Source of the DNA: Nanobdellota archaeon
GTDB lineage: Archaea > Nanobdellota > Nanobdellia > Pacearchaeales > GW2011-AR1
NCBI GenBank assembly: GCA_030648155.1
Contig: JAUSIK010000008.1
Coordinates: 136,495 to 200,494, forward strand
Direction of reading: 5' to 3'
Length of the DNA: 64,000 nt
Part shown: in pieces, positions 27,021 to 36,422 of the stretch
How positions within the stretch are numbered: the first letter of the stretch is position 1
How the letters are laid out: the number at the start of each line of letters is the position of its first letter
The notes under the pieces: model-generated
Told to the model about the DNA's origin: nothing
Databases searched by the model: none
Seen by the model: the letters and a program-made list of their open reading frames with translations, nothing else
Position numbers and translations under genes: made by a program

Positions 27021-28289
27021 ATGATAGATATTAAGTTAATTAGAGAAAACCCAGAAATAATAAAAAAAAGCCAAAAAAATAGGGGCCTAGATGAAAAAAG
27101 TGTAGAAAAAATAATAGAAAAAGATAAAGAATGGCGCGAATTAAAAGAAGAAGTAGATACATTAAGAAGTAAAAGAAATAAAATATCTGAAGAAATAAAT
27201 AAAGCAAAAAAAGAAGGAAAAAAAATAGAAGATATTCTAAAAGAAGCCAAGAAAATTCCATTACTTTTAGAAGAAAAAGAAAAATTAATGTCTAAATTAA
27301 AAGAAGAAAGAGACAGTCTTTTAAAAGAAATTCCTAATATTCTGGATAAATCGGTTCCAATTGGAGATGCCTCAAAAAATAAAGTATTAAAAATATCTGG
27401 CAAACCTAAAAAGCCTTCCTTTCAATTAAAAGATCACGCAGACATTCTAGAATCGCTTGATTTATTAGATACAAAAAAGGCATCAGAAATAGCAGGCTCA
27501 AGATTTTACTATATGAAAAGAGATTTAGTAAAACTAAATCTTGCAATTATCAATTTTGCTCTTGATCATCTAAATAAAAAAAAGTTTACATTGATACAGC
27601 CGCCATTTATGTTAAGAAGATCTGCATTAGAGGGTGCACTTCCCCTAGGGGCATTTGAAGAGATGATATACAAAATAGAAGGGGAAGATCTATATCTTAT
27701 TGGAACAGCCGAACACACATTAAATGCCTATTACATGAATGAAATAATACCCCAGGCCCAGTTGCCAATTAGAATGGCAGGATTCTCCACTTGTTTCCGA
27801 AAAGAAGCTGGCTCTCATGGAAAAGATACAAAAGGCATATTTAGAATACATCAATTTGAAAAAATTGAGCAATTTATATTCTGCAAGCCTGAAAATGCGT
27901 GGAAAGAATTTGATCTTATTCTTAAAAATTCCGAAGAGTTATTAAAACTACTTAAAATTCCTTTCCGATTTATTTTACTATCATCAGAAGATACCGGTCG
28001 TGTTCCAGCAAAAACAATTGATTTTGAAGGATGGTTTCCAACTCAGAACGCTTACAGGGAATTAGGCTCTTGTTCAAATTGTCTAGATTATCAATCAAGA
28101 AGAAGCAATATAAAATATCAAGATAAAAAAGAACTTAAATTTGTCTTCACCTTGAATAATACAGCTATTGCAACCCAAAGAATGATGGCATGTATAATAG
28201 AAAATAATCAGCAAAAAGATGGTTCAATAAAAATACCAGAAGTTCTAGTAAGATATATGGGAAAGAAAAAGATCGAAAAGGCAAAATAA
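27021..28289 (+). CDS. serS: seryl-tRNA synthetase
   Basis: N-terminal coiled-coil arm. Class II motif 2 is FRKEAGSHGKDTKGIFRIHQFEKIEQF. Motif 3 region is NNTAIATQR. Confidence 0.92.
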   Translation: MIDIKLIRENPEIIKKSQKNRGLDEKSVEKIIEKDKEWRELKEEVDTLRSKRNKISEEINKAKKEGKKIEDILKEAKKIPLLLEEKEKLMSKLKEERDSLLKEIPNILDKSVPIGDASKNKVLKISGKPKKPSFQLKDHADILESLDLLDTKKASEIAGSRFYYMKRDLVKLNLAIINFALDHLNKKKFTLIQPPFMLRRSALEGALPLGAFEEMIYKIEGEDLYLIGTAEHTLNAYYMNEIIPQAQLPIRMAGFSTCFRKEAGSHGKDTKGIFRIHQFEKIEQFIFCKPENAWKEFDLILKNSEELLKLLKIPFRFILLSSEDTGRVPAKTIDFEGWFPTQNAYRELGSCSNCLDYQSRRSNIKYQDKKELKFVFTLNNTAIATQRMMACIIENNQQKDGSIKIPEVLVRYMGKKKIEKAK

Positions 28290-28360
28290 CTTCTTTAAAC
28301 TTTCTTTATACATTTCCCGTCATTAAAAATATTATAAAAATAAAAAATAATAATTGCTAA

Positions 28361-28621
28361 TTAACTGCTAGCTTTATCGATTATCTTAAGCACAACGCCT
28401 AAAATCGTCAACACGACTACAATCCAACCAGCTACTTGAGTAATAACATCCGGAAAGAAAGGTATTGCTAACGACCCATCAGTCATACCAAAGCCTACTG
28501 CTAACGAAACAAGTACGCCTACAAGCCAAATTATAAGACCCCAGACTTCACTTAAAGGTCCACGCGACCTCCTTGGTCTCATTGTTTGCGTAGCGACTGA
28601 CCTTCTATTTTTTGCTGCCAT
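28361..28621 (-). CDS. small membrane protein (86 aa), locally GC-richer
   Basis: GGAGGG lies upstream of the ATG. Basic N-terminus followed by two TM helices. Confidence 0.5.
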   Translation of the reverse strand: MAAKNRRSVATQTMRPRRSRGPLSEVWGLIIWLVGVLVSLAVGFGMTDGSLAIPFFPDVITQVAGWIVVVLTILGVVLKIIDKASS

Positions 28622-28689
28622 ATATCCCTCCTTTTTAATAGATATAATAAACCTTTATCATATTTAAACTTTACTTCACATGGCGAAAA

Positions 28690-30681
28690 TTAAGATTTAA
28701 TTTTTATCAGCTGGAGTTCTCTAACCGCATCCAAAACCCTCATATCTGGAGATAAAACAAAAACATGATCATCTTTTGATCTTAATGCTCTATATAATCT
28801 CTGCAAAAATTCTCTTCTAGCTTTATCCTTGTAAAAATCCCAAAAATATTTTGGATGAGTTTTTTCTAAAATCTTCCAAAAACTTCCCTGAACATTAGGA
28901 TTTGGATATTTAGTAAAAACAACTGATTTGCAAATGTCTCCTGGAAAATCAACCCCTCTTGTACATTTGGTGCTGTATAATTTATTTGTCGTCTTTTTCT
29001 TAAATCGAAGAATAGTCTCTCCATTTCTATCCTCATTTTGCTCTCTAAGCAATTCTTCTCTAGCCATAAGCCCATAGATTCCGTACTTTCCTATTTCAAT
29101 TGAGCTAGGCAAATCCTCAAAAGCATTAACTTGAACAAGCATCGGTTTTTCAGCCTTTTCAACACACAAAGATAATGCCTTCAAATAATCTTCACGAGTA
29201 TATTTTTTAGAAGAAAAATTCTTATAACTACAGTCAAATTCTTTTCCTGTTCTTAATATATCAACTTCTCCCTGATGTAATACTTCCGCTTCGACTGTCT
29301 TATAATTCTCAATACCAAAAATATTCTTTAATACCTTTTCCGAATGTAGTGTTCCAGACATAAATACGAAAGACTTATTTTTATTAAGTATCTCTGCAAT
29401 ATTTTTAGATAGATTTGTTGTCACCAAATTAGCATATAAATTTTCTTCAAACTTTCGAAAGGTCACATATGTATCTCCTAAAAAATCCGCAAAATGCCTT
29501 GATGCTTCTACGGCCCTATTTGCATAATTAGCCTCATCAACTACTATTTCAGCCTCAAGCTCACGATGTTTGGCAAATACGTCTAATATCTTTTCTATTT
29601 GAGTTTCACTAATGTGGAATACTTTATTTTCATCTATTCCTAAGGCACCTTTATTCCTTTCTTCTAATTTTACTAATTCAACTATATTATCTATTAATTC
29701 CCTCACACTTTCATCTTCAACGATTAAATGCTTTAATGAATTTCCAAGTCTGGTTAAATTTAGCTCAATTTGATTTGAAAAACTGTCCAGAAATTCATCT
29801 GCCTCATCTATTATGTCCACTTCAGTTTGAGGTTTCCTGTCTAAAGCCACCTCTATTTTATATTTTGCCGAATTAAATATGATAATATCAGCATCAATAT
29901 AAGCTTGATATTGATCATAATAACTGCACCCTTTTTTTCTGTGATAAAAAATAAAATCTTTATTATTAAGTCCAACGTATCTCTTCTTTGTTGCATCTTT
30001 TAAATGCAATTCATAATCCGCGGTGATAATAGGACTCCAATAAGGATTAGCAGGAGCTATTGAGATTCTCTTCAAATCCTTGATATTCTCTATAGTTTTG
30101 CTTTTAACAAGAGGATTTAATCCGTAATATTCCTTAATCTTATCATAATTTTTTTCATTAATTTGAATTGTATCTGGCAAAAATGGATCAGCGCAATTAA
30201 CACCTTCCACAAAAACAGAATCATGATTTTCTCTCCCAGTAATCATAGCTATCTTCAATTTTTGTTGATTTGTTTTATAAACATTCATACTCCCCATATA
30301 ATCTTGTTCATATTGCTTTTGCAAGTTCTTTACAGGTACTACAATCGACGCCTTTCCTAATACCCTTGCAATATTTAATGCAATTGCAGACTTCCCAGTA
30401 CCGCACATTCCATGCAAAAATATTATTTTATTTCCGCCTTTAATTAATTCAATGACTTCTTTTACAATATCTTCCTGACTTTTCCCATTAGAAAATTTCA
30501 AAGGTTCAAGACTTTTGCCATTCTTATACAGGCTCCAATATTGGCTGTCATTAATTTTATCAGCAATATTCTCAATAATAGGTTTTCTTTCCTCAACAGA
30601 AGGAAAATGCTCTAGATTCACTCCTCTTTCATTATCTACAGAAACTAATTTTCCAGTAGAATCAAATTTCATCCTCCCCAT
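28690..30681 (-). CDS. XPD/DinG-like SF2 DNA helicase without an obvious FeS domain
   Basis: Walker A GMCGTGKS. Motif II IIDEADEF. C-terminal RGVDFPGD..TKYPNP and RALRSKDDHVFVLSPD, as in Helicase_C_2. Only two Cys lie between motifs I and II. Confidence 0.65.
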   Translation of the reverse strand: MGRMKFDSTGKLVSVDNERGVNLEHFPSVEERKPIIENIADKINDSQYWSLYKNGKSLEPLKFSNGKSQEDIVKEVIELIKGGNKIIFLHGMCGTGKSAIALNIARVLGKASIVVPVKNLQKQYEQDYMGSMNVYKTNQQKLKIAMITGRENHDSVFVEGVNCADPFLPDTIQINEKNYDKIKEYYGLNPLVKSKTIENIKDLKRISIAPANPYWSPIITADYELHLKDATKKRYVGLNNKDFIFYHRKKGCSYYDQYQAYIDADIIIFNSAKYKIEVALDRKPQTEVDIIDEADEFLDSFSNQIELNLTRLGNSLKHLIVEDESVRELIDNIVELVKLEERNKGALGIDENKVFHISETQIEKILDVFAKHRELEAEIVVDEANYANRAVEASRHFADFLGDTYVTFRKFEENLYANLVTTNLSKNIAEILNKNKSFVFMSGTLHSEKVLKNIFGIENYKTVEAEVLHQGEVDILRTGKEFDCSYKNFSSKKYTREDYLKALSLCVEKAEKPMLVQVNAFEDLPSSIEIGKYGIYGLMAREELLREQNEDRNGETILRFKKKTTNKLYSTKCTRGVDFPGDICKSVVFTKYPNPNVQGSFWKILEKTHPKYFWDFYKDKARREFLQRLYRALRSKDDHVFVLSPDMRVLDAVRELQLIKIKS

Positions 30682-30838
30682 TTTAACTTTTCACATATAG
30701 AGTTTATATTAATTTCTCTTTTTGAAGAGAAATTTGAATAATTCCAAATTCAAAGAAGAATTTTCAAATTTCTTGTTAGAGAAGATCGTCATTGCCTAAT
30801 TTTGCAAACTTCTCTAAAAAAATAACCTAGAAATTCAT

Positions 30839-31210
30839 TCAGGATCTTTCAACACCAACTTCCTTCTTAGAGTTTAATATAACTACCTTATTAGGTATTC
30901 TTCTTTTAATTCCATTATCCAATGTGGCAATATAAACCCCTTCTAAACCTCTTCTAATAAGCAAATCATCTACTTTCCCTTTCCCTATAGTAGTTTTTTC
31001 AATTTGTTTAGAGGCCAGCATTTCAAGAGCAATATCTATTGCCATTCTTTCCTCATGTGCAGTCTTTGACTGCAGCCTTACATCTTTTAACTCTTGTAAG
31101 ACCTCTCTAGGAACCAGTACTCTAAAGCCCCTTTCTCGCAACTGGGATAAAAAATCAATTTTTTTAACTATGCAAGATATAATAAAATTAGTATCTAGAA
31201 TTACTTCCAT
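30839..31210 (-). CDS. Fcf1/COG1412-type PIN-domain nuclease
   Basis: MEVILDTNFII...VPREVLQELKDV...YIATLDNGIKRRI matches the archaeal Fcf1-like PIN layout. Confidence 0.65.
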   Translation of the reverse strand: MEVILDTNFIISCIVKKIDFLSQLRERGFRVLVPREVLQELKDVRLQSKTAHEERMAIDIALEMLASKQIEKTTIGKGKVDDLLIRRGLEGVYIATLDNGIKRRIPNKVVILNSKKEVGVERS

Positions 31211-31235
31211 ATTATACTATATTCACTTCAATATA

Positions 31236-31463
31236 TTAATCTTTCTTAGTATAATAAATAAGATCCTTTCCAAACTGATAAACTTTTTCAGCTATTTGCC
31301 TGCCCTCTTCTGTCAAAACAATTTTTCCTTTTTCAGATGTTATATATCTCATGTTAACTAATTCCTCATAAAATCCGCGTGTTTTTCCTATAGTAGCCTC
31401 ATTATTAACAAGTTCTAAAAGCATCTCAAGTGCCCCATTGGAAATAGTCTTGTTTTCCATCAA
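31236..31463 (-). CDS. hypothetical small wHTH-like protein (75 aa)
   Basis: ORF upstream of the PIN gene on the same strand. A YITSEKGKIVLTEEG wing-like segment. Confidence 0.35.
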   Translation of the reverse strand: MMENKTISNGALEMLLELVNNEATIGKTRGFYEELVNMRYITSEKGKIVLTEEGRQIAEKVYQFGKDLIYYTKKD

Positions 31464-31532
31464 ATTAGCTCCTTAAAATACTATTTAAACTTTCTCAAAA
31501 AGAATTATATATCCTTCCACCCTAAAATAAAA

Positions 31533-32099
31533 ATGGAAAAAGAGGAATCTATATACACAATATCTGTTCTAAAAGAGACCAAACAAGCATTATCTGCAAA
31601 TAACCCATTAGCCCTTCTTGAATTATCTAATAAAAAAATACATTCCGCGGCATGCATCCAAGATATAGAAAGCATTACATTAACGATTGTAATCTATTCT
31701 CTAGCAAAGCTAATAGAAAGAAAAAATAACCTTAAAATTAAAAATTGGGAAATTTTTGTAAAGAAAATGAACGTCTTACTAGACTTATCTATCTCTGCAT
31801 TAGAAAAAAACAATAGGTCGGCATATCAAAAATATATTCTAAAGGCAAAGTCTAGTCTAGAATCTATTTCTCCCAGTTTAAAACAAAACACTAAAGAGAT
31901 AATTAGAAATGCGTGTATAAATAAAGCGTCTCATATTTATAAGCATGGAATATCTCTAGGCCAAACGGCAAAACTTCTTGGCATTACGCAATGGGAACTT
32001 GCAGAATATACCGGCCAGGCCAAAATGGGAGATATTAATTATAATAGAACATTAAATGAAAAATCAAGAATTAAAATGGCAATGGAGTTTTTTGAATGA
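31533..32099 (+). CDS. UPF0175-like HTH protein with a long N-terminal extension
   Basis: C-terminal HGISLGQTAKLLGITQWELAEY resembles the UPF0175 antitoxin-like HTH. Its stop overlaps the next gene's start (ATGA). Confidence 0.4.
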   Translation: MEKEESIYTISVLKETKQALSANNPLALLELSNKKIHSAACIQDIESITLTIVIYSLAKLIERKNNLKIKNWEIFVKKMNVLLDLSISALEKNNRSAYQKYILKAKSSLESISPSLKQNTKEIIRNACINKASHIYKHGISLGQTAKLLGITQWELAEYTGQAKMGDINYNRTLNEKSRIKMAMEFFE

Positions 32100-32773
32100 A
32101 AGTCCTAATATTTGACGCAGGCCCAATTATTAACTTTTCAATAAATGGAATGCTTGATGTTTTAGAATCTCTAAAAAACAATTTTAAAGGTAAATTCATT
32201 ATAACAGAGGCAGTTAAAAAAGAAGTTATTGACTATCCACTTAATGTTCCGCGGTTCGAATTAGGAGCATTAAGAGTCCAAGCTTTATTAAATAAAGGAG
32301 TTCTAGAATTGCCCTCTTCTCTCAACATTGATAATGAAATCATTAAAAAAGAAAGTCTGAGACTAATGAATATTGCCAACCACTATGTATCATCAAAAGG
32401 AACCTGGATAAATATCTTAAGTGAAGGAGAAACATCTTGCTTAGCATTAAGTAGTGAACTAACAAAACAAAACATAGAAAATATTATTGCGATTGATGAA
32501 CGAACTACTAGAATATTAGCAGAAAAACCTCAAAATCTTCAAAAAATAATTTCAGATAGACTACACTCTAATGTAAAAGCCCAACTCTCAAATTTAGAAG
32601 AATTTTATAATTTTAAATTTATTCGTTCTACAGAATTAGTTTATATTGCATTCAAAAAAGGCCTCTTAAACATTCAGGGCAAAAAAGCCTTGGAAGCTGC
32701 ACTATATGCCACAAAGTTTAAAGGATCTTCAGTTACCTTTGAAGAAATTGAAGAACTGAAAAAATTAAATTAA
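32096..32773 (+). CDS. DUF3368/COG2405-like PIN-domain protein (enlarged)
   Basis: The N-terminus MKVLIFDAGPIINFSINGMLDVLESL...IITEAVKKEV resembles DUF3368 PIN proteins. Later acidic residues occur in SEGETSCLAL and IAIDERTT. Confidence 0.4.
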   Translation: MKVLIFDAGPIINFSINGMLDVLESLKNNFKGKFIITEAVKKEVIDYPLNVPRFELGALRVQALLNKGVLELPSSLNIDNEIIKKESLRLMNIANHYVSSKGTWINILSEGETSCLALSSELTKQNIENIIAIDERTTRILAEKPQNLQKIISDRLHSNVKAQLSNLEEFYNFKFIRSTELVYIAFKKGLLNIQGKKALEAALYATKFKGSSVTFEEIEELKKLN

Positions 32774-33063
32774 ATACTAACACTCTTCAAATAATTTTCT
32801 AATTGAGTTTTAACTTTTCTTTGATCTAGTCCAATAAATCCATTTAACTTTCCCATAAACTCCCTAGCTCTCTCACTAGGTACTTCATATCTCCCTACAA
32901 ATTTATAATCTCCCTTCCTTTTCCTGTCTTCAATATAGGTATTTGGTGCACGCCCAACAAATCCAGCATCATACTCCCCATTCCTCCTTCTAAATACTTC
33001 TATAACAGACTTGCCTTTAGGTAAAATATCCCCATTATCCTCATCATAATAATGTCTTTCCAT
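32770..33063 (-). CDS. hypothetical protein (97 aa)
   Basis: ORF only. Confidence 0.35.
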   Translation of the reverse strand: MERHYYDEDNGDILPKGKSVIEVFRRRNGEYDAGFVGRAPNTYIEDRKRKGDYKFVGRYEVPSERAREFMGKLNGFIGLDQRKVKTQLENYLKSVSI

Positions 33064-33120
33064 ATAAAAATAATAATCACTCTTTATAAAAATCTTTGCA
33101 GTCTAATAGTTTAATGACAA

Positions 33121-33540
33121 TCATAATCCCCAATTTGATCTCAATTCTTCTTCAGGCGATTCAATATCGCTAAAAGTAACCTTTTTAACAGGTGCTTTAA
33201 ATTGATTATAAATATTATTCAATTCTTTTTCCCATCTACCAGGATTATAAGCTAGAATTTTATTATCCTCTGAATCGAATCTAATCTTATCATCGTAGCA
33301 AATAGTTGTCTGATAAAAATCTCTTCCTGAAAAACCATATGTGGGAAATGCAACTATTCTCGCCGTGCTAATTTCTAGTCGATCCTTGGTATATTCATAT
33401 CCATCAAATCTCAGGTCATCATTTTCTATTTGTTTTGGAGTACCAAGTTTTTGAGTTACTATTCTGGCTTTTTCAATAATATTATTCTTTTTAGCTTGTT
33501 GTTTTCTCTCTTTAATTTTTTCCTTAAGATCTTTATCCAT
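33121..33540 (-). CDS. hypothetical protein (139 aa)
   Basis: ORF only. Confidence 0.35.
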   Translation of the reverse strand: MDKDLKEKIKERKQQAKKNNIIEKARIVTQKLGTPKQIENDDLRFDGYEYTKDRLEISTARIVAFPTYGFSGRDFYQTTICYDDKIRFDSEDNKILAYNPGRWEKELNNIYNQFKAPVKKVTFSDIESPEEELRSNWGL

Positions 33541-33613
33541 TCATTAATTAAACCTAAATTCTATTTAAACTTTTATCTAGAAAATTAATAAAATAGAAGT
33601 AGTAAAAAGTAAA

Positions 33614-33701
33614 TGGGCATGGAGGGAATCGAACCCCCGACTTCTGCTATCTCCAAACAAAATTGCTGGAGGCAGAAATTATACCATTTAACTACACGCC
33701 C
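33614..33701 (-). tRNA. tRNA-Trp (anticodon CCA) with 17-nt intron at 37/38 (about 33649..33665)
   Basis: Hand-folded. Acceptor GGGCGTG/CATGCCC. Anticodon stem TCTGC/GCAGA. Loop CTCCAG|intron CAATTTTGTTTGGAGAT|A. CTCCA pairs with TGGAG (BHB-like). T arm GGGGG-TTCGATT-CCCTC. Confidence 0.88.
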
Positions 33702-33745
33702 TATTACAAAATAGTTGCCTTTTATGTCTTAAAAACCTATCCCTT

Positions 33746-34921
33746 TTATTCTTTATCTAAACTCTTTTTCATTTCAGAAGTTACATAAGGTTTTCGAACA
33801 ACACTTCCATAATACAAAATTTTCAATCCGTTTATTATTTTAGGTTCAATTTCTTTTCTATGAGATAAAGTATAATCTACAACTTCAGATTTAGTTTCAG
33901 TTAATTCTCTTATTTCTTCAGTATCAAATCCAGCATCTTTAGCTTCATATATTTCGCTTGCTAATTTATAAGTTAAAAGAACACCTCCTAAACCAAATCC
34001 AAACAGTTTGATACCCCTATTTTTTATACTTCTACGTTTTTCCTTTTGTGAAAATCTCATTACTGGGACCCATGCTGGCAAATCCAAAAAATAAGCAATA
34101 TCCTTTCCAGAAAAATCAGAGTAAAATCCTCTATTGGTTGCTTCATTTTTCTCCCTATAATATTGTACTTTTGTTTCTCTTTTTCCAAAAAGCGGTTCTA
34201 ATCCTACTCTTTCTAAAATTCTACCCACACCACCCGACCAAATATTTTCCACCTTTCCAAGTTCATCCAAAGTTAATTTTTCACCTTTCTTCAATGCATT
34301 TTCATATTTTTTAAAAATATTATGTAACCGAGAAAAACTATAGCTATTTTCCTTACTAAATTTATAAGAGTGTAAATATTCTACTGCTTTTTGTGTAGCA
34401 AAATCTTTATTTTCAGCTAATTGTCTAGTTCTTTCTTTAATACTGGATAAAAATGAAGATTGCAATACATGCAATTTATTCACACCGCCGAAATATTTGT
34501 CCCCGCTATTTATTCCCGTATTTTCTATCCTTTTCCTTACCCAATTGTCGTATTGGCCAGAACGAATGATATAATGTCTTACTGCTTGATGTGTTAAACC
34601 TATTTTTTGACCAATATCTAATAATTTCCATCCCTTTTCAATTAACTCATCAATATCAATTAGTCTTCCCTTAGGCTTCACACCTCTCTTTCCTTTTGGC
34701 AACTCAATCCCACTTATTTTAGCTTGATAACGTATAACATTGATAGAAAGTCCCATAGTTCTAGCTATTTCTGTTTGAGATTCAGCACCATTTTTAATTA
34801 AGCCTATTATGACTTCAGCCCTTTGTTCTAGAATAGTTTTCCTACTAACATTTTCACCCTCACTACTGCTTTCTTCTCCGCTGTTCCCTTCATCTTCCAA
34901 CTTACTTTCTAAATTTTCCAT
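33746..34921 (-). CDS. multi-HTH protein with acidic N-terminus (391 aa)
   Basis: At least two HTH-like segments (QTEIARTMGLSINVIRYQ; LDIGQKIGLTHQAVRHYI). No catalytic motif recognised. Confidence 0.45.
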   Translation of the reverse strand: MENLESKLEDEGNSGEESSSEGENVSRKTILEQRAEVIIGLIKNGAESQTEIARTMGLSINVIRYQAKISGIELPKGKRGVKPKGRLIDIDELIEKGWKLLDIGQKIGLTHQAVRHYIIRSGQYDNWVRKRIENTGINSGDKYFGGVNKLHVLQSSFLSSIKERTRQLAENKDFATQKAVEYLHSYKFSKENSYSFSRLHNIFKKYENALKKGEKLTLDELGKVENIWSGGVGRILERVGLEPLFGKRETKVQYYREKNEATNRGFYSDFSGKDIAYFLDLPAWVPVMRFSQKEKRRSIKNRGIKLFGFGLGGVLLTYKLASEIYEAKDAGFDTEEIRELTETKSEVVDYTLSHRKEIEPKIINGLKILYYGSVVRKPYVTSEMKKSLDKE

Positions 34922-35229
34922 TTTTCCCTAAAAATCCAATCAAAAACTGCATTATAAACCTTCCCATTAATCCACCCCTTACTCTGTGATCTACAACTCT
35001 TTAACCCTGCCATAAATTATCATTCATTCTATTTTATAGTTATTAAAAAATCTAATTTTATGTGTTTTTACATATATTTTTGATTTTTTACATTTGTAAA
35101 AAAATTAAATTAATAGCTTTCCTTTGCATATTTATTCCATCCCCTAGTAGAATCCTAAAATTATAGCACATCTTCCTTTTCCCAAATTTTCAAAGATACA
35201 TTTATAAAGAAAATATCCCTAAATCATTT

Positions 35230-35676
35230 ATGCCAAAAAAGGTGAAGACTGAAAAACATATAGAAGACAGAGTATTAGAAAATCTCATTGAATTACAAAA
35301 AGTTCACACCAATCTAGCAGAAAAATTTGACAAATTATCTAAAGAAATATCAAATCTTTTATCATTATTTGAGTTAGCGGCAAGAAATTTCTCAAAACAT
35401 CCTGCTCTAAAAGCATCAGAAGGGGATAAAGAATTTTTGGACAAAATAGACAAACTTTTAGAACAAAATAAAACCATAGCTAAGGGGCTTACTTTAATGG
35501 AAGATCACATAAGAAAAAAAGTTTATTCCCAGCCAGCACCAATTGAAACACATGCAGAACAGCCTGAGCATGCACAAGAAATAACTGAAGGACGTTCAAC
35601 TGACCAAGAAGGGCTTATTACAGAGGAATATTCTCCCTCAATGAAGTCAAATAATCGACCATTGCCAAGATTCTAA
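35230..35676 (+). CDS. hypothetical coiled-coil protein (148 aa)
   Basis: ORF; heptad-rich. Confidence 0.4.
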   Translation: MPKKVKTEKHIEDRVLENLIELQKVHTNLAEKFDKLSKEISNLLSLFELAARNFSKHPALKASEGDKEFLDKIDKLLEQNKTIAKGLTLMEDHIRKKVYSQPAPIETHAEQPEHAQEITEGRSTDQEGLITEEYSPSMKSNNRPLPRF

Positions 35677-35678
35677 AT

Positions 35679-36386
35679 ATGAAACGTATAAAAAAAGAAA
35701 TAAAAAATAATCTAGGGGAGCTCTTCTTAACCAATTTTATAAATGCCATTATAGAATTTAAAGCTGATAATTTTCAAGTCCAAACAGCCCCTTTAATAAA
35801 AAAACAAAATTCCACTTCCATCATTCCTAAAGTGCAGCCAATAAATCCAAAAGTTTTAGAAGATTTAACAGAACAGCTTCAGCATATTAACCCAACTGTA
35901 AAACCCATGTCTACAAATCAAGAACATCCCTTCCTTTCTCTAATGCATCAAGATGAAAAACAAAATTCAAATATGCCTTCCATTCCAAAAATGCAATCAT
36001 TCTCGTCAAACCAAAAAGAAAAACCAATTCAAATAAAAACAAAGCCCCTGTTTGCTTCCCAAAATAACCCTCTGGGAATATTCCTTCCATTTTTAAATGA
36101 CCCTTTTATAAAAGAAATTAGCTGTCCAGGACCTAATAAAAATATTATAGTATCAAAAGGCAACATGAAAAGCCCAATTGCCCTAACCCTTTCATCAGAT
36201 GAAATAGAAAGAATAATGAAAGAGATTTCGATAAAAACAAAAATTCCATTAATCCAAGGAATGTTTAAAGCAGCTATGGGCAACCTTTTAATTTCTGCAG
36301 TAATCTCTGAATTTGTAGGAACACACTTCACAATTCAAAAAATAGCCCCGCCCCCAATGACTCCAATGCCATTAAGACGATATTAA
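35679..36386 (+). CDS. protein with a FlaI/PilB (T2SSE) N-terminal-like domain but no ATPase core
   Basis: FIKEISCPGPNKNIIVSKGNMKSPIALTLSSDEIERIMKEIS...FTIQK parallels the segment that precedes Walker A in secretion ATPases. The ORF stops 13 aa later. Confidence 0.4.
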   Translation: MKRIKKEIKNNLGELFLTNFINAIIEFKADNFQVQTAPLIKKQNSTSIIPKVQPINPKVLEDLTEQLQHINPTVKPMSTNQEHPFLSLMHQDEKQNSNMPSIPKMQSFSSNQKEKPIQIKTKPLFASQNNPLGIFLPFLNDPFIKEISCPGPNKNIIVSKGNMKSPIALTLSSDEIERIMKEISIKTKIPLIQGMFKAAMGNLLISAVISEFVGTHFTIQKIAPPPMTPMPLRRY

Positions 36387-36422
36387 CAAAAAGCTTTTTT
36401 ACTTAATAATACTTCAAAAACA

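Noticed and set aside
26993-27403. Antisense low-complexity ORFs over the serS 5' region (26993..27403, 27040..27261).
   Set aside because: They mirror the Lys/Glu-rich coiled-coil arm of SerRS (poly-F/L/S translations).
28361-28621. Locally GC-richer small gene as a horizontally acquired segment.
   Set aside because: The shift is explained by Gly/Ala/Val/Arg-rich membrane-protein codons. It has no flanking repeats or mobility genes.
30839-31463. 75-aa ORF plus PIN gene as a VapBC-type toxin-antitoxin pair.
   Set aside because: The PIN protein matches the housekeeping Fcf1/COG1412 layout (DTNF...EL...ATxD) rather than VapC, so a TA interpretation is not supported.
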